Positions 41,140 through 50,859 are shown, numbered from the stretch's first letter. The stretch is DNA of 64,000 nucleotides from Patescibacteria group bacterium (GCA_041660565.1 JBAZWC010000001.1:174481-238480); one strand, 5' to 3'. Numbers and translations: made by a program. Notes: generated by a model not told the origin, from the sequence alone.

Positions 41140-42144
41140 TTATTTATAACTCCATAACACAGATCGCTTAAACGCGTCTAGGTTATCTACCGCAATTAAG
41201 GTGCCTTTGGCAACGCAGAACAGCGGGTCTTCGGCAATTTGGCATGGTACACCGGTTACTTTGCTCATTAAGCTATCAAACTGACGCAATTGAGAAGTGC
41301 CACCGGTCATCACAATCCCCTTGTCCATTACGTCGGCTGCCAGCTCGGGCGGAGTTTTTTGCAAAACCGATTTTACCGCGTTCAAAATCTCGGCAATTTC
41401 TTCTTTGATGCTGGTCATTACATCGGTTGAAGTAACAATAACGCTTTCGGGTAGGCCGGAAATGGTGTTACATCCCGAAACTTCCATCGAGAGCTCTTTA
41501 GCTAATGGCATCACCGTGCCAATACGAATTTTAATTTCTTCGGCTGTCTGTTCGCCAATTACTAGATTGTATTTTTTTCGCATGTAGGCTGCAATGGCAG
41601 TGTCAATCTTGTTGCCGCCCACTCGTACCGATGTAGCCGCCACAATATCGCCAAGCGCGATCACCGCTACCTCGGTGGTACCGCCGCCGATGTCAATAAT
41701 CATGCTTCCGGATGGGGTGTTGATTGGGATGCCCGCTCCTAAAGCCGCAGCAATGGGTTCTTTAACTAAGTACGCATGTTTTGCGCCGGCTTGGGTGATG
41801 GCGTCGATAACCGCGCGCCGTTCAGTAGAAGTTATGCCCGCTGGAATAGAAACCATTACATCTGGTTTGATGATGCGGATTGATCCCGAAACCTTATTGA
41901 TGCAATGTCTAAGCATAGCTTCGGTAATGCGATAGTTGGCAATCACCCCGTCTTTTAATGGATGATTTGCCACAATTGACTCTGGAGTACGGCCGAGCAT
42001 TTTCTTGGCTTCCTCGCCAATGGCCATAATTTTATTGTTAGATGCTTCCAGCGCCACAACCGTAGGCTCATTTAATACCACGCCTCTTTTGGGGAGACTG
42101 ACGATGGTGTTAGTTGTTCCTAGATCGATTGCAATTCGCGCCAT
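41140..42144 (-). CDS. mreB: Rod shape-determining protein MreB
   Basis: IDLGTTNT, EPIAAALGAG, DIGGGTTE, TGG. Confidence 0.92.
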   Translation of the reverse strand: MARIAIDLGTTNTIVSLPKRGVVLNEPTVVALEASNNKIMAIGEEAKKMLGRTPESIVANHPLKDGVIANYRITEAMLRHCINKVSGSIRIIKPDVMVSIPAGITSTERRAVIDAITQAGAKHAYLVKEPIAAALGAGIPINTPSGSMIIDIGGGTTEVAVIALGDIVAATSVRVGGNKIDTAIAAYMRKKYNLVIGEQTAEEIKIRIGTVMPLAKELSMEVSGCNTISGLPESVIVTSTDVMTSIKEEIAEILNAVKSVLQKTPPELAADVMDKGIVMTGGTSQLRQFDSLMSKVTGVPCQIAEDPLFCVAKGTLIAVDNLDAFKRSVLWSYK

Positions 42145-42268
42145 ATTATTCCTTGTAAGCGATGTTAGTATAAAAGAAAATGTCCGAATATACAACTTGT
42201 GATTAAAACTATAACAAGAATTTAAAATTTAAAATTTAAAATTGTCCTAGGTGTGGTATAATTGCAGT

Positions 42269-43384
42269 ATGATAATTGGCATAAACGCCTCTGCGCTTAC
42301 TCTGGAGCACAAAACTGGTGTCGAAAAATACACCGAGCACATTATTCGTGCGCTAATTAAGCGTGCGGACAAAAAGCATCAATTTAAGTTGTACTCCCCT
42401 ATCCCGCTGAGTGGTGATTTTGCCGCACATCAAGTGGTACTTAAATCTCATGGTTTGCCGTGGACACAAGTTAGATTGTCGGTTGAACTAATGCGGCATC
42501 GCCCCGATGTATTTTTTCAACCTAGCTACATGCTGCCTCCTGTTTGTCCATGTCCAAGTGTAACAACTGTACACGACATCGCTTGGAAGCACTTTCCCCA
42601 AGGGTACAGCCAAGATCAAACTAAAAAACTACATCTGGCGATAGACCGGATAATCAAACTCAAAAGCACCATTATTGTACCAAGCATTGATACCAAAAAA
42701 GATCTGATGCATTTTTTCAAAATCAATCAAAACAACATCAACGTTATCCCCGAGGCGTTGGTGGAGCTGCCGGTTGGAGATATCAATTTACATCCAAATA
42801 TTGCCAAAATGGCGGACCGCGATATCGTTTTGTCCGTTGGGCGGCTTGAAGCGCGAAAAAATACTTTGACGCTGGTTAAAGCGTTTCGAGTTTTGGTTAA
42901 AGATCACCTCAAAAATTCCCCCACCAAACCAGTGTTGGTACTAATTGGGCAGGCGGGGTTTGGGGCGGATGAGATTTTTGCCGAGGTAAACAAAGCCAAA
43001 AACGATGGCATTGAAATATTGGTGCTAAATAATGTGGATGATTCCGCGTTAAGCTGTTGGATGTCTGTGGCAAAAATGCTAGTTTATCCATCGCTGTTTG
43101 AAGGGTTCGGATTGCCAATTTTGCAGGCGTTTGCTGCCAAGATTCCGGTTATCACCAGTAAGACATCCGCTATGCCAGAAGTTGGTGGAGGTGCGGTTGC
43201 GTATTTGAATAATCCGAAAGACGAAGACGAGCTGGCGATACTAATCAACAATTTACTGTTTAGTAATGCCAAACGAGAAATTTTGATAGACAAAGGGCAA
43301 ACTAGACTAAATGATTTTTCGTGGGAAAAAGCGGCCGATCAAACGTTGGCAGTTCTGCTGGCGGCTGGAACAAAAAATTCATAA
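42269..43384 (+). CDS. Glycosyltransferase family 4
   Basis: TGVEKY, TVHD, VGRLEARKN, YPSLFEGFGLPILQA. Confidence 0.9.
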   Translation: MIIGINASALTLEHKTGVEKYTEHIIRALIKRADKKHQFKLYSPIPLSGDFAAHQVVLKSHGLPWTQVRLSVELMRHRPDVFFQPSYMLPPVCPCPSVTTVHDIAWKHFPQGYSQDQTKKLHLAIDRIIKLKSTIIVPSIDTKKDLMHFFKINQNNINVIPEALVELPVGDINLHPNIAKMADRDIVLSVGRLEARKNTLTLVKAFRVLVKDHLKNSPTKPVLVLIGQAGFGADEIFAEVNKAKNDGIEILVLNNVDDSALSCWMSVAKMLVYPSLFEGFGLPILQAFAAKIPVITSKTSAMPEVGGGAVAYLNNPKDEDELAILINNLLFSNAKREILIDKGQTRLNDFSWEKAADQTLAVLLAAGTKNS

Positions 43385-43402
43385 GAGTATAATTAGAGTT
43401 AA

Positions 43403-44107
43403 ATGCTAAATATTAAACCAACACATCACAAAATATCCGATACCGTTAGGCGCATTATTCTAGTGCTGGTATTTGTGATTGTTGCGTCAGTGGTGATCGG
43501 ATATGCCGGCGGGTATCGGCTTAATTTCAATAACTTTTCCATTGAAGCCACCGGAGCAATCTCTCTGTCTGGATCTGATACTGCATTAACCGTTAAATTA
43601 AACGACCGCACCGTTGGTGCTTCATTACCGGTTTATCTTAATGATCTAAAGCCAAATCAATCATACTCAATTTCGGTACAAAAAGATGGCTATACAAAAT
43701 GGTCACGTACAGTGACGGTTTTGCCTAATATGGTAGCAAATTTTGGGCCAATTCTCTTGTTTAGGCTTGAACAAGCTCCAATTGCCTCCACCACCGCAGA
43801 CGTAACTAGCTGGTGTAAAAGCAACACGCCATTCGGTAAGCAACTGGTAATTGACAACAGTGACATTAGGATTCAAAAGGACTTTGTCACCCGCGTCAGC
43901 GCACCGGTGGTCAATGCTTGCTGGTTTAATGATGGTTTTCATATTGCGTACGCCACCGCCGATGAAATACACGTGATTGATAATGATGGGTACAATGATG
44001 TAACTGTGGTGACCGCCACAACTCCAATTCAGCAAATGGGCGTAAATACCAAAGACAGCGAAATTGATTATTTTGACGGTACAAATTGGTACAAATTAAA
44101 TATCTAA
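43403..44107 (+). CDS. PEGA-domain membrane-anchored protein
   Basis: TM, YAGGYRL, TGAI, KDGYTKW. Confidence 0.7.
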   Translation: MLNIKPTHHKISDTVRRIILVLVFVIVASVVIGYAGGYRLNFNNFSIEATGAISLSGSDTALTVKLNDRTVGASLPVYLNDLKPNQSYSISVQKDGYTKWSRTVTVLPNMVANFGPILLFRLEQAPIASTTADVTSWCKSNTPFGKQLVIDNSDIRIQKDFVTRVSAPVVNACWFNDGFHIAYATADEIHVIDNDGYNDVTVVTATTPIQQMGVNTKDSEIDYFDGTNWYKLNI

Positions 44108-44173
44108 AAAACGAGCCCCTGCTCGTTTTTTATCTTGTGGAGCGATTAGTACGCTCAGCGAACCAACTTACGT

Positions 44174-45256
44174 TTATAGATTTTGAATTTGCTCTTTGGC
44201 GTTTTTGATGAATTTTCCAAAACGATGGTCTTTTTGTTTTTTCTCTAACTCGGACAATTCATAATATTCCGACTCTTTTTTGAGACTGATAAAATTATGA
44301 TATTTGCTCTCTTCCAGACTACCCAATTTTACGGCGTCTAATACATTACACCCGGGTTCTTGAGTGTGCGTACAATCCGCATACTTGCATTGTTTAGATA
44401 ATGAAATAATCTGATCAAAAACATTATCTACGCTGACACTTGAATTTGTCAGCCCTACCTCTCTCATTCCGGGATTGTCTATTACAATCGCGCCGCTATC
44501 AAGAAAATACATATCTCTGCCCGTGGTTGTGTGCCTACCCCGGCCAGTGCGAGTATCAATACCCTGGGTGTCAATGACTTCTTTACCAATTAACTTGTTG
44601 ATTAAAGACGATTTCCCGACTCCCGATGATCCGAGAAAACAATACGTTCTACCTTTGATTAAATAATTTTTTAGCTCGTCTAGCCCGTTGCCGAGATAAT
44701 TGCTGGTTTGAATCAAATCAATATCGTTAAATCGATCTTTAATTTGATTTATCTTGAGTTCCAATTCAGATTCCGGAGCTAAATCAATCTTATTGATGAT
44801 AATCGCCGGCTTTGCGCCACCATCACTGACTATTGCTAAGTATCGTTCAATGCGATTAAGGCTAAAATCTTGATCAATAGAGGTGACTAAGAACGCCACA
44901 TCAATGTTGGTTGCGATTATTTGTATATCATTATTCCCGCTGGCTTTTCTCTTAATCATGGAGATTCTGGGAAGCACTTGGTTGATCACTGCTTTTGAGT
45001 CGCCTGCATCCGAAAAACTGACCCAATCGCCTACAGCCGGGTAGTCTTCTCTGGACTGAGCGTTAAATATCCGCTTTCCGGTAATTTTCGCGAAATATTC
45101 CCCTGTAGTATTTATGATTTGATAGGCACCTTTGTGTTCCGCAACTACTCGCGCAACCTGAAGGTTATTTTTGGTTTGAGCACTGTGTTCAAGCTGGGAA
45201 TAATGTTGATAACCAAAATCAATGCTTCGGTTGATATTATGATTAATTTTCGTCAT
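44174..45256 (-). CDS. rsgA: Ribosome small subunit-dependent GTPase A
   Basis: PAVGDWV, NKID, GSSGVGKSSLIN, GRHTTT, DNPG, CKYADCTH.EPGC. Confidence 0.95.
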   Translation of the reverse strand: MTKINHNINRSIDFGYQHYSQLEHSAQTKNNLQVARVVAEHKGAYQIINTTGEYFAKITGKRIFNAQSREDYPAVGDWVSFSDAGDSKAVINQVLPRISMIKRKASGNNDIQIIATNIDVAFLVTSIDQDFSLNRIERYLAIVSDGGAKPAIIINKIDLAPESELELKINQIKDRFNDIDLIQTSNYLGNGLDELKNYLIKGRTYCFLGSSGVGKSSLINKLIGKEVIDTQGIDTRTGRGRHTTTGRDMYFLDSGAIVIDNPGMREVGLTNSSVSVDNVFDQIISLSKQCKYADCTHTQEPGCNVLDAVKLGSLEESKYHNFISLKKESEYYELSELEKKQKDHRFGKFIKNAKEQIQNL

Positions 45257-45342
45257 GTTATTAACGCGATCAGTATTTTAAAGTCATATTTACCACGTTT
45301 ATCGTGGTGGAACGCTGAGCGTTCCTATTACCACGCTTAGCG

Positions 45343-45427
45343 TGGTGGGCGAGGAGGGAGTTGAACCCACACACCTTACGGTACACGATTTTGAGTCGTG
45401 CGCGTCTGCCAGTTCCGCCACTCGCCC
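45343..45427 (-). tRNA. tRNA-Leu (CAA)
   Basis: GGGCGAG acceptor stem, anticodon loop CTCAAAA, long variable arm, GGTTCAA, encoded CCA. Confidence 0.92.
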
Positions 45428-45486
45428 ATTGTTATTATTATACTAGAAAATTTGTAAAAAGTATAGATTGAATCAAAAATATAAGA

Positions 45487-45511
45487 GGTAGGCGACAAGA
45501 TGTCGCCTACC
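45487..45511 (-). terminator. Hairpin terminator of 45530-45793 cassette
   Basis: GGTAGGCGACA/TGTCGCCTACC perfect stem. Confidence 0.65.
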
Positions 45512-45529
45512 CTTGTGGCATGACAGTGA

Positions 45530-45793
45530 TCAGCTCCGAATTCGGCATCGATACCTCTTGGTTCGATCGATCTCCGTTGACTTCACCAGGCCATGCATCT
45601 CCGCGCACGATTTGGCCTGAAGGAATACCGGAAGATCCTCGAACTCAACGACACGAAGATTCATGACCGGCATGCTGCCCCTGCAGTACATATCCTCTAC
45701 TTCAGGGCCGTAATCGACGATTTCCTGTGGAACTATCACTAGCTCAACGATAGCGCCCTCGGGAATCCAATTCCCGCAATCTGCGTATGGCAT
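45530..45793 (-). CDS. Hypothetical small protein (GC-rich cassette)
   Basis: SD AAAGGAGA; promoter TGTACA-17-TAGAAT (45871-45843). Confidence 0.7.
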   Translation of the reverse strand: MPYADCGNWIPEGAIVELVIVPQEIVDYGPEVEDMYCRGSMPVMNLRVVEFEDLPVFLQAKSCAEMHGLVKSTEIDRTKRYRCRIRS

Positions 45794-45832
45794 GGTCGTT
45801 CTCCTTTGCGAACAAACGACAGAGTAGTGTTA

Positions 45833-45902
45833 GCGCAATAATATTCTACCACATTGCGCCGAATATGTACATATTGACACATGGCAACGATATCAGTATA
45901 AT
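45833..45902. promoter_or_regulatory. Back-to-back divergent sigma70 promoters sharing a 14-bp palindrome
   Basis: Plus TTGACA(45874)-17-TATAAT(45897); minus TGTACA-17-TAGAAT; AATATGTACATATT at 45862-45875. Confidence 0.7.
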
Positions 45903-45942
45903 TGTGGGGATGGTTTCCAATCTCATTTCGACGGAGGGGGCG

Positions 45943-46608
45943 ATGGGAGTAACATGCGATCGGGTTGACGAGGAAGGTGCAATCGCAATCCTCGGCGAGG
46001 ATAACGTTGTACTTCCTCGAATGTGTGGGGTTTCTGCAGACGCTGTGGTGGATATCCCGTTTACGGCTGACGCACTGCGCCGGTGCCAACAGGATAACCT
46101 GGGAGGATTATCTGACTGGCGGTTGGTGTGTGTGAGAGGCTACTCACTGCTTGAGATGGTCAAGGTATTCCGGGTTAGCACGACGGGGCGCGACTGCTTC
46201 GAAGGCTCCGAGGGGTACGACTGGTGGTTTCGGAAGTCGTGGGCAACGCGGTTGGGAGAGCCGGGCTACCATCTGATCGATTTCACCCTGCGATTCGGTG
46301 GGATGTGCCTGGACTCTCGGTGCAAGCGTATTTCGGAAATGAGCGGTGTTCATGTACCTGACACCGCCGAGCTATCCGAAGCGATGCTGAGAGCGGCTCG
46401 CTGTTCAAACCCCAGGCAGCTACCTCACGACCGAGAGCATGGTGAGTTTCACGTCGGCAGCTTTACCGTGCCGTTTGGCCCGAGTAGCGCGTTCAGGCGG
46501 GTGTGGAGCGGACTCAACATTAACGCTCGGTACGTCGTTACGGAAGAGGTTGGCATGGGGGTGTTCACAAACGTCGGGGTATACCTGGCGAAGGACCGCA
46601 ACTGCTGA
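45943..46608 (+). CDS. Hypothetical protein, paralog of 23496-24137 (GC-rich cassette)
   Basis: SD GGAGGGGG before ATG 45943; shared AIxIL, FxADxLRxC, DWRL, WW, PxYHLxxF. Confidence 0.75.
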   Translation: MGVTCDRVDEEGAIAILGEDNVVLPRMCGVSADAVVDIPFTADALRRCQQDNLGGLSDWRLVCVRGYSLLEMVKVFRVSTTGRDCFEGSEGYDWWFRKSWATRLGEPGYHLIDFTLRFGGMCLDSRCKRISEMSGVHVPDTAELSEAMLRAARCSNPRQLPHDREHGEFHVGSFTVPFGPSSAFRRVWSGLNINARYVVTEEVGMGVFTNVGVYLAKDRNC

Positions 46609-46620
46609 GACTGCAAGCGA

Positions 46621-46649
46621 TAGGGCGACGGCTAACAAGCTGCCGCCCT
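46621..46649 (+). terminator. Hairpin after cassette gene
   Basis: TAGGGCG/CGCCCTA stem. Confidence 0.55.
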
Positions 46650-46734
46650 AACATATATTCCAGATTGTCATGGTCATACCTTGACAAAGTATGATCGATT
46701 ATGCTATAATATAGTTGTCAGTGAGGAACGTAAT

Positions 46735-47526
46735 TTGAACACACAGACAATTTCAACTAAAGATCTAATTTTAACCGAAGATGATGTTCGTCGGCTGATT
46801 TTTGGTGCCAAGACTGGTCATCAACGTAAACCGTTGAAAATTAATAAATATATCAAAAATGTGGCTCTGCTATTCATTTTGTTTGCCGCTGTCTTTATCG
46901 CCTTAAATTCCCCTGCTTATTATATGAAAGCCAAATTTATTTACCAAAACAACTTTGTTTCGCAAAAACAAACCCAAAATACCAGCATCAATGCACCGGT
47001 AATTACCTCTGGTACCGGTTCGGCCAGCACATCAACTACAAATGCTGCGGGCATTACTAACGTACTAGCCGACAACTATTTATACATTGATCGTATTAGC
47101 CTTGCTGCGCCGATTATTTGGGATGTTGCAGACGATAACGCCAGCCAGCTTAAAAATCTGCAAAATGGGGTGATAGATTTGGCCGGGCAAGCTAAACCGG
47201 GTCAAAACGGCAATATCTTTATTGTTGGTCATAGTTCGTACTCAATTTTTGCCAAAGGACATTACAAAACCGTATTTGCTTTGCTACCAGAGTTGGTTGT
47301 GGGCGATAAAATTACTATCACATATCAAAATCAAACATATAAATATGTTGTTACAGCTACAAAAGTGGTTAACCCCAACGATGTCAGTATTCGTGAGAAT
47401 ACCGCAGATCAAACTTTAACTCTAATGACATGTGTTCCGGTGGGCACAAACCTAAACCGTTTGGCAGTAATTGCCAAACCGGTAAACGCCAGTGTTTCAT
47501 CCAATTTGTTACCATTGGTTAAGTAA
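46735..47526 (+). CDS. Sortase family protein
   Basis: GNIFIVGHSS, TLTLMTCVPVG, NRLAV; TTG 46735 after GAGGA (TTG 46681 is part of TTGACA). Confidence 0.9.
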   Translation: MNTQTISTKDLILTEDDVRRLIFGAKTGHQRKPLKINKYIKNVALLFILFAAVFIALNSPAYYMKAKFIYQNNFVSQKQTQNTSINAPVITSGTGSASTSTTNAAGITNVLADNYLYIDRISLAAPIIWDVADDNASQLKNLQNGVIDLAGQAKPGQNGNIFIVGHSSYSIFAKGHYKTVFALLPELVVGDKITITYQNQTYKYVVTATKVVNPNDVSIRENTADQTLTLMTCVPVGTNLNRLAVIAKPVNASVSSNLLPLVK

Positions 47527-47584
47527 CTTAGGCCTCCTAGGTTGCTTATGGGTATGGGCAATAACACCAAATAGGTGTTTTTTG

Positions 47585-47613
47585 TTGCTTATTTGCGTAA
47601 AATTTTGTATAAT
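47585..47613 (+). promoter_or_regulatory. sigma70 promoter TTGCTT-17-TATAAT
   Basis: Direct sequence match. Confidence 0.65.
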
Positions 47614-47655
47614 AGCGAAAGCGTATCATCTTGCTCATGGGGAGGTGAGAACAAA

Positions 47656-48006
47656 GTGTCAGATGAAGTGCGAATGGGTGTGCATCCTGATCCAGAGGTG
47701 CAGGCGGCAATTGTTGCACTGGAAGAGGCACTGGATGCAACTCGCCATATCTCGCGAGGGCATATTCTTACTGTCAATTGGGGCGATCGTGGTGGATTCG
47801 TCCTTGCGGCCGGAGGTCTGTGTCTTACGAGATATCAGCGAGTAACGTCACAATCGCTCGGAAACAGGCTGCACATTGCCGTCACTAGCCTAAACAACGC
47901 CATACTGGCCGATAGGAGTGCCACCGGGCGCGGTGCTGAGGTTGTTATCAAGCTGTCGAGTGGACAGGAGTACCGTTCGAGCAACGGTGTGACTTGCACC
48001 GGCTAG
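47656..48006 (+). CDS. Hypothetical protein (GC-rich cassette)
   Basis: SD GGGGAGGTGA before GTG 47656; terminator TGGCCGTCG/CGACGGCCA at 48030-48062. Confidence 0.7.
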   Translation: MSDEVRMGVHPDPEVQAAIVALEEALDATRHISRGHILTVNWGDRGGFVLAAGGLCLTRYQRVTSQSLGNRLHIAVTSLNNAILADRSATGRGAEVVIKLSSGQEYRSSNGVTCTG

Positions 48007-48060
48007 TTGTTGATGGCAGGTTGGACTCGTGGCCGTCGGAAAGTTCGACGGCCATTCATT

Positions 48061-48108
48061 TTACATATTTTTAGTTAGTTCAGGTAATAAACTATTTCCG
48101 GTCATATC
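48061..48108 (-). pseudogene. Displaced 3' fragment of gpmI (DMTGNSLLPELTKNM*)
   Basis: 48077-48108 is 31/32 identical to 49227-49258; differences are synonymous until the last codons. Confidence 0.75.
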
Positions 48109-48153
48109 CGGTCATAATATTCGGGGTCTAATTTGGTTTAGCCGTGGCGCATC

Positions 48154-48182
48154 TTGACATATCTCAAAATATATGCTACAAT
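48154..48182 (+). promoter_or_regulatory. sigma70 promoter TTGACA-17-(TG)TACAAT
   Basis: Shares AAAATATATGCTACAAT with the promoter at 24287-24315. Confidence 0.75.
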
Positions 48183-48189
48183 ACAGTAT

Positions 48190-48500
48190 AACAATTAGGC
48201 TAGGCTCAAACTTAATCTAATCGTGACTGGACATTAACAACTATATATACCGCCTCAAGAGAGGATAAATCGTGCACAAGCATCGTGTAACGCTTTGTTC
48301 TCTCTCGAGGCGGTAACTCCCGCCCGAACGGCCGTGGCAGGTTGAATAAGTTTCATTCTGACGCCGAATGCTACGGGGAATGCCCTTTAAGGGCCACTAG
48401 GACGGGAGCATGTGGCGCTCCCAAATCCGATTTCATCCAGAATCTCTGGGAAAGCGGAATCACACGCCACAATCAGTTTTTCAGCCCCTGGGAGGGGGCA
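48190..48500 (+). ncRNA. Putative structured leader/ncRNA of unknown family
   Basis: Consecutive stems 48248-48315 (about 22 bp), 48317-48408, 48411-48471 and SD hairpin 48484-48499. Confidence 0.5.
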
Positions 48501-48505
48501 AAATA

Positions 48506-48937
48506 GTGGAAACGAAAACCCTGGCGAACGCAGTTGACGAGTTCGCCGAAATGGCGGCACGAGCAAGCGCGCCGCCTGTAGTGAAACCCGAGCCGATCTG
48601 GCTTGTGTGCCTCGAGTCCATGTTCGGCAGCGCCGCAATCGGCACCGCCGAGATCGTCGAGCGACTCCGGGCGGAGTTCTCTGTCCGGGAGCTGGACTTC
48701 AGAGGCACGTGCCGTGGGTGTACCCCCGACGTGTCGTTTAGCGAGGGATACTACTCCACTGTGCACGGTGAGATGGAGTACTACCGGTGGAGTACCCTTC
48801 GAATCGGCGACGAAGTCGATTACGACGGCCGCACATGGGTCGTCGTTCACAATGTGGGGAAGAGTGGCAACATGTGCTGCCCCGCCACTCACAAGCTAGT
48901 TCTTGTCCCTGTCGATGAACTCCATGGCAGGGCCTAG
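48506..48937 (+). CDS. Hypothetical Cys-containing protein (GC-rich cassette)
   Basis: SD GGAGGGGG before GTG 48506; CRGC and MCC; terminator 48945-48973. Confidence 0.7.
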   Translation: METKTLANAVDEFAEMAARASAPPVVKPEPIWLVCLESMFGSAAIGTAEIVERLRAEFSVRELDFRGTCRGCTPDVSFSEGYYSTVHGEMEYYRWSTLRIGDEVDYDGRTWVVVHNVGKSGNMCCPATHKLVLVPVDELHGRA

Positions 48938-49028
48938 GCACCCCGAGGGAGGACGGCAGTACGCCGTCCCCCTCCTATCCCAGAATTCACTAGTTCTCTA
49001 ATGAATTGTGGTGGTGGGAATAGATTAA

Positions 49029-49068
49029 AAACAAACAACCCTGTCTAATTTGACAGGGTTGTTTGTTT
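49029..49068. terminator. Bidirectional terminator-like palindrome
   Basis: AAACAAACAACCCTGTC/GACAGGGTTGTTTGTTT perfect 17-bp stem. Confidence 0.65.
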
Positions 49069-49137
49069 ATCTGAGCCCAATATTCTTGTTAGATGAGATG
49101 AACGGGACGATAACTGTATCCTAACGGTTCATGCTAA

Positions 49138-49194
49138 CGGGAGGACATCCTCCTTCGCGCAAGGCTACGGGAGGACATGTGAGTCCTCCCCTAC
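49138..49194. repeat. GTAG-type REP with nested CCTCCTTCGC..AAGGCTACGGGAGG unit
   Basis: GGGAGGACATGTGAGTCCTCCCCTAC matches the 63646-63699 element. Confidence 0.65.
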
Positions 49195-49213
49195 GTAGGT
49201 CGTAAAACCCAAT

Positions 49214-50818
49214 TTAACTTTTTGTGAGTTCGGGTAATAAACTATTTCCGGTCATATCGGCCGGTTTGGGTAGGCCTAGAAGCTCCAGAACCGTTGGAGC
49301 AACGTCTGCCAGCGTGTGCTCGGATTGCATAATATCAGCTAAAATATTTTGTTGATCCGGGGTTGTAGCGGGAGCAGATAAAGTGTGATCTCGGCTAATC
49401 ATAATAAACGGCACCGGATTAACTGTGTGCATAGTTTCAGTTTTTTGATCTCGATGGAGACCGATCATTTGTTCTGCATGACCATGATCAGCGGTAATTA
49501 ACACTACATTATTTTGATTTAAGGCCAGCTCAATTACCCGTTTTACCTGTTTATCAATCACTTGAACGGCAACCGAGGTGGCGGTGATGTCACCGGTATG
49601 GCCGACCATATCTACATTGGCGTAATTTGCCACAATAAATTGATACTTTTGCTCTTTCATATTTGCCAGTAACTTGTTGGTCATTGGCTCCGCCGACATT
49701 TCCGGCGCCTGATTATAAGTAACCACATCTGGCGATGGCACAATAATGCGGTCTTCACCCGGATACGGTTCTTCGCGGCCACCGTTAAAAAAGAAGGTAA
49801 CGTGAGCATATTTCTCACTTTCGGCAATGTGGAATTGCTTGAATCCGGCCTCAGAAATAAGTTTACCAAGGGTGTTTTGAATTTGGATTGGCTCAAAAAG
49901 TACCGGCATTGGAACTGGCAAACGATAGCTGGTAATTCCGGCGTAAAAGATATTTTTGGGTGGTTTAAAAAATAATCCCAATTTTTGTTCACCCAGAAAT
50001 ACCTTGGCCAATTGTCTAGACCTGTCGGCGCGGAAGTTAAAACAAACAACAGCATCGTTATCGTGGACCGTGTAAATCTGGTTATTATCAGTAATTACGC
50101 ATGATGGGAAAAATTCATCCTCAAACCCTTTGCGATACATAGTTGATATCGCTTGCTCAGCTGTTGGAAATCTTTCACCAATTCCATCTACCATCGCTTT
50201 ATACGCTACGGCTGTTCTGGACCAATGGTTGTCTCTGTCTAGCGAATAAAACCGACCGACAATCGAGGCAATTTTACCCAGATTATTAGTCTTTAATTTG
50301 TTCTCTAATTGGCTAATAAAATTAAATGCCGAGGTGGTGCCGCTGTCACGACCATCAAGAGTGATATGAAAATAAGTTTTAGTGATGTTATTCTTTTTGG
50401 CGAAATCGGCTAACGCAAGAGCGTGATCGATGTGTGAGTGCACGCCACCATCTGATAGCAAGCCGTAGATATGTAGCGCTGAATCATATTTTTTGATTTG
50501 CTCATTAATTTTTAACAACGTTGGATTGTTCATAAACGATCCGTCATTGATAGAATTTCCAATGCGAGTCATATCTTGAAACACCACTCTACCGGTGCCG
50601 ATACTAGAGTGCCCGATCTCGGAGTTCCCTACTTTTCCACTTGGTCCGACCACCTTTTTGAATGCTTGCAAAATTGTATGAGGATATGTGCGCCAATACA
50701 AATTCATAATGTCGGGGTTGTTCATAGTGATGGCGTTGCCGCCCCAACTAGGACTAATCCCCCATCCATCTAAAATTAGCAATACAACTGATTGGGCTGT
50801 TTTTGGATTGTTTGGCAT
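49214..50818 (-). CDS. gpmI: 2,3-bisphosphoglycerate-independent phosphoglycerate mutase, paralog 2
   Basis: LDGWG, GNSEIGH, NVDMVGHTG, TADHG. Confidence 0.92.
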   Translation of the reverse strand: MPNNPKTAQSVVLLILDGWGISPSWGGNAITMNNPDIMNLYWRTYPHTILQAFKKVVGPSGKVGNSEIGHSSIGTGRVVFQDMTRIGNSINDGSFMNNPTLLKINEQIKKYDSALHIYGLLSDGGVHSHIDHALALADFAKKNNITKTYFHITLDGRDSGTTSAFNFISQLENKLKTNNLGKIASIVGRFYSLDRDNHWSRTAVAYKAMVDGIGERFPTAEQAISTMYRKGFEDEFFPSCVITDNNQIYTVHDNDAVVCFNFRADRSRQLAKVFLGEQKLGLFFKPPKNIFYAGITSYRLPVPMPVLFEPIQIQNTLGKLISEAGFKQFHIAESEKYAHVTFFFNGGREEPYPGEDRIIVPSPDVVTYNQAPEMSAEPMTNKLLANMKEQKYQFIVANYANVDMVGHTGDITATSVAVQVIDKQVKRVIELALNQNNVVLITADHGHAEQMIGLHRDQKTETMHTVNPVPFIMISRDHTLSAPATTPDQQNILADIMQSEHTLADVAPTVLELLGLPKPADMTGNSLLPELTKS

Positions 50819-50859
50819 ATAATTATTATATATCAAACCAATGAAAATGACTAAACCGA

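Noticed and set aside
45787-45942. N-terminal extensions of ORFs at 45787, 46681, 47575, 48410 and 20449
   Set aside because: They run through promoters, structured leaders or neighbouring genes; downstream SD-linked starts fit better
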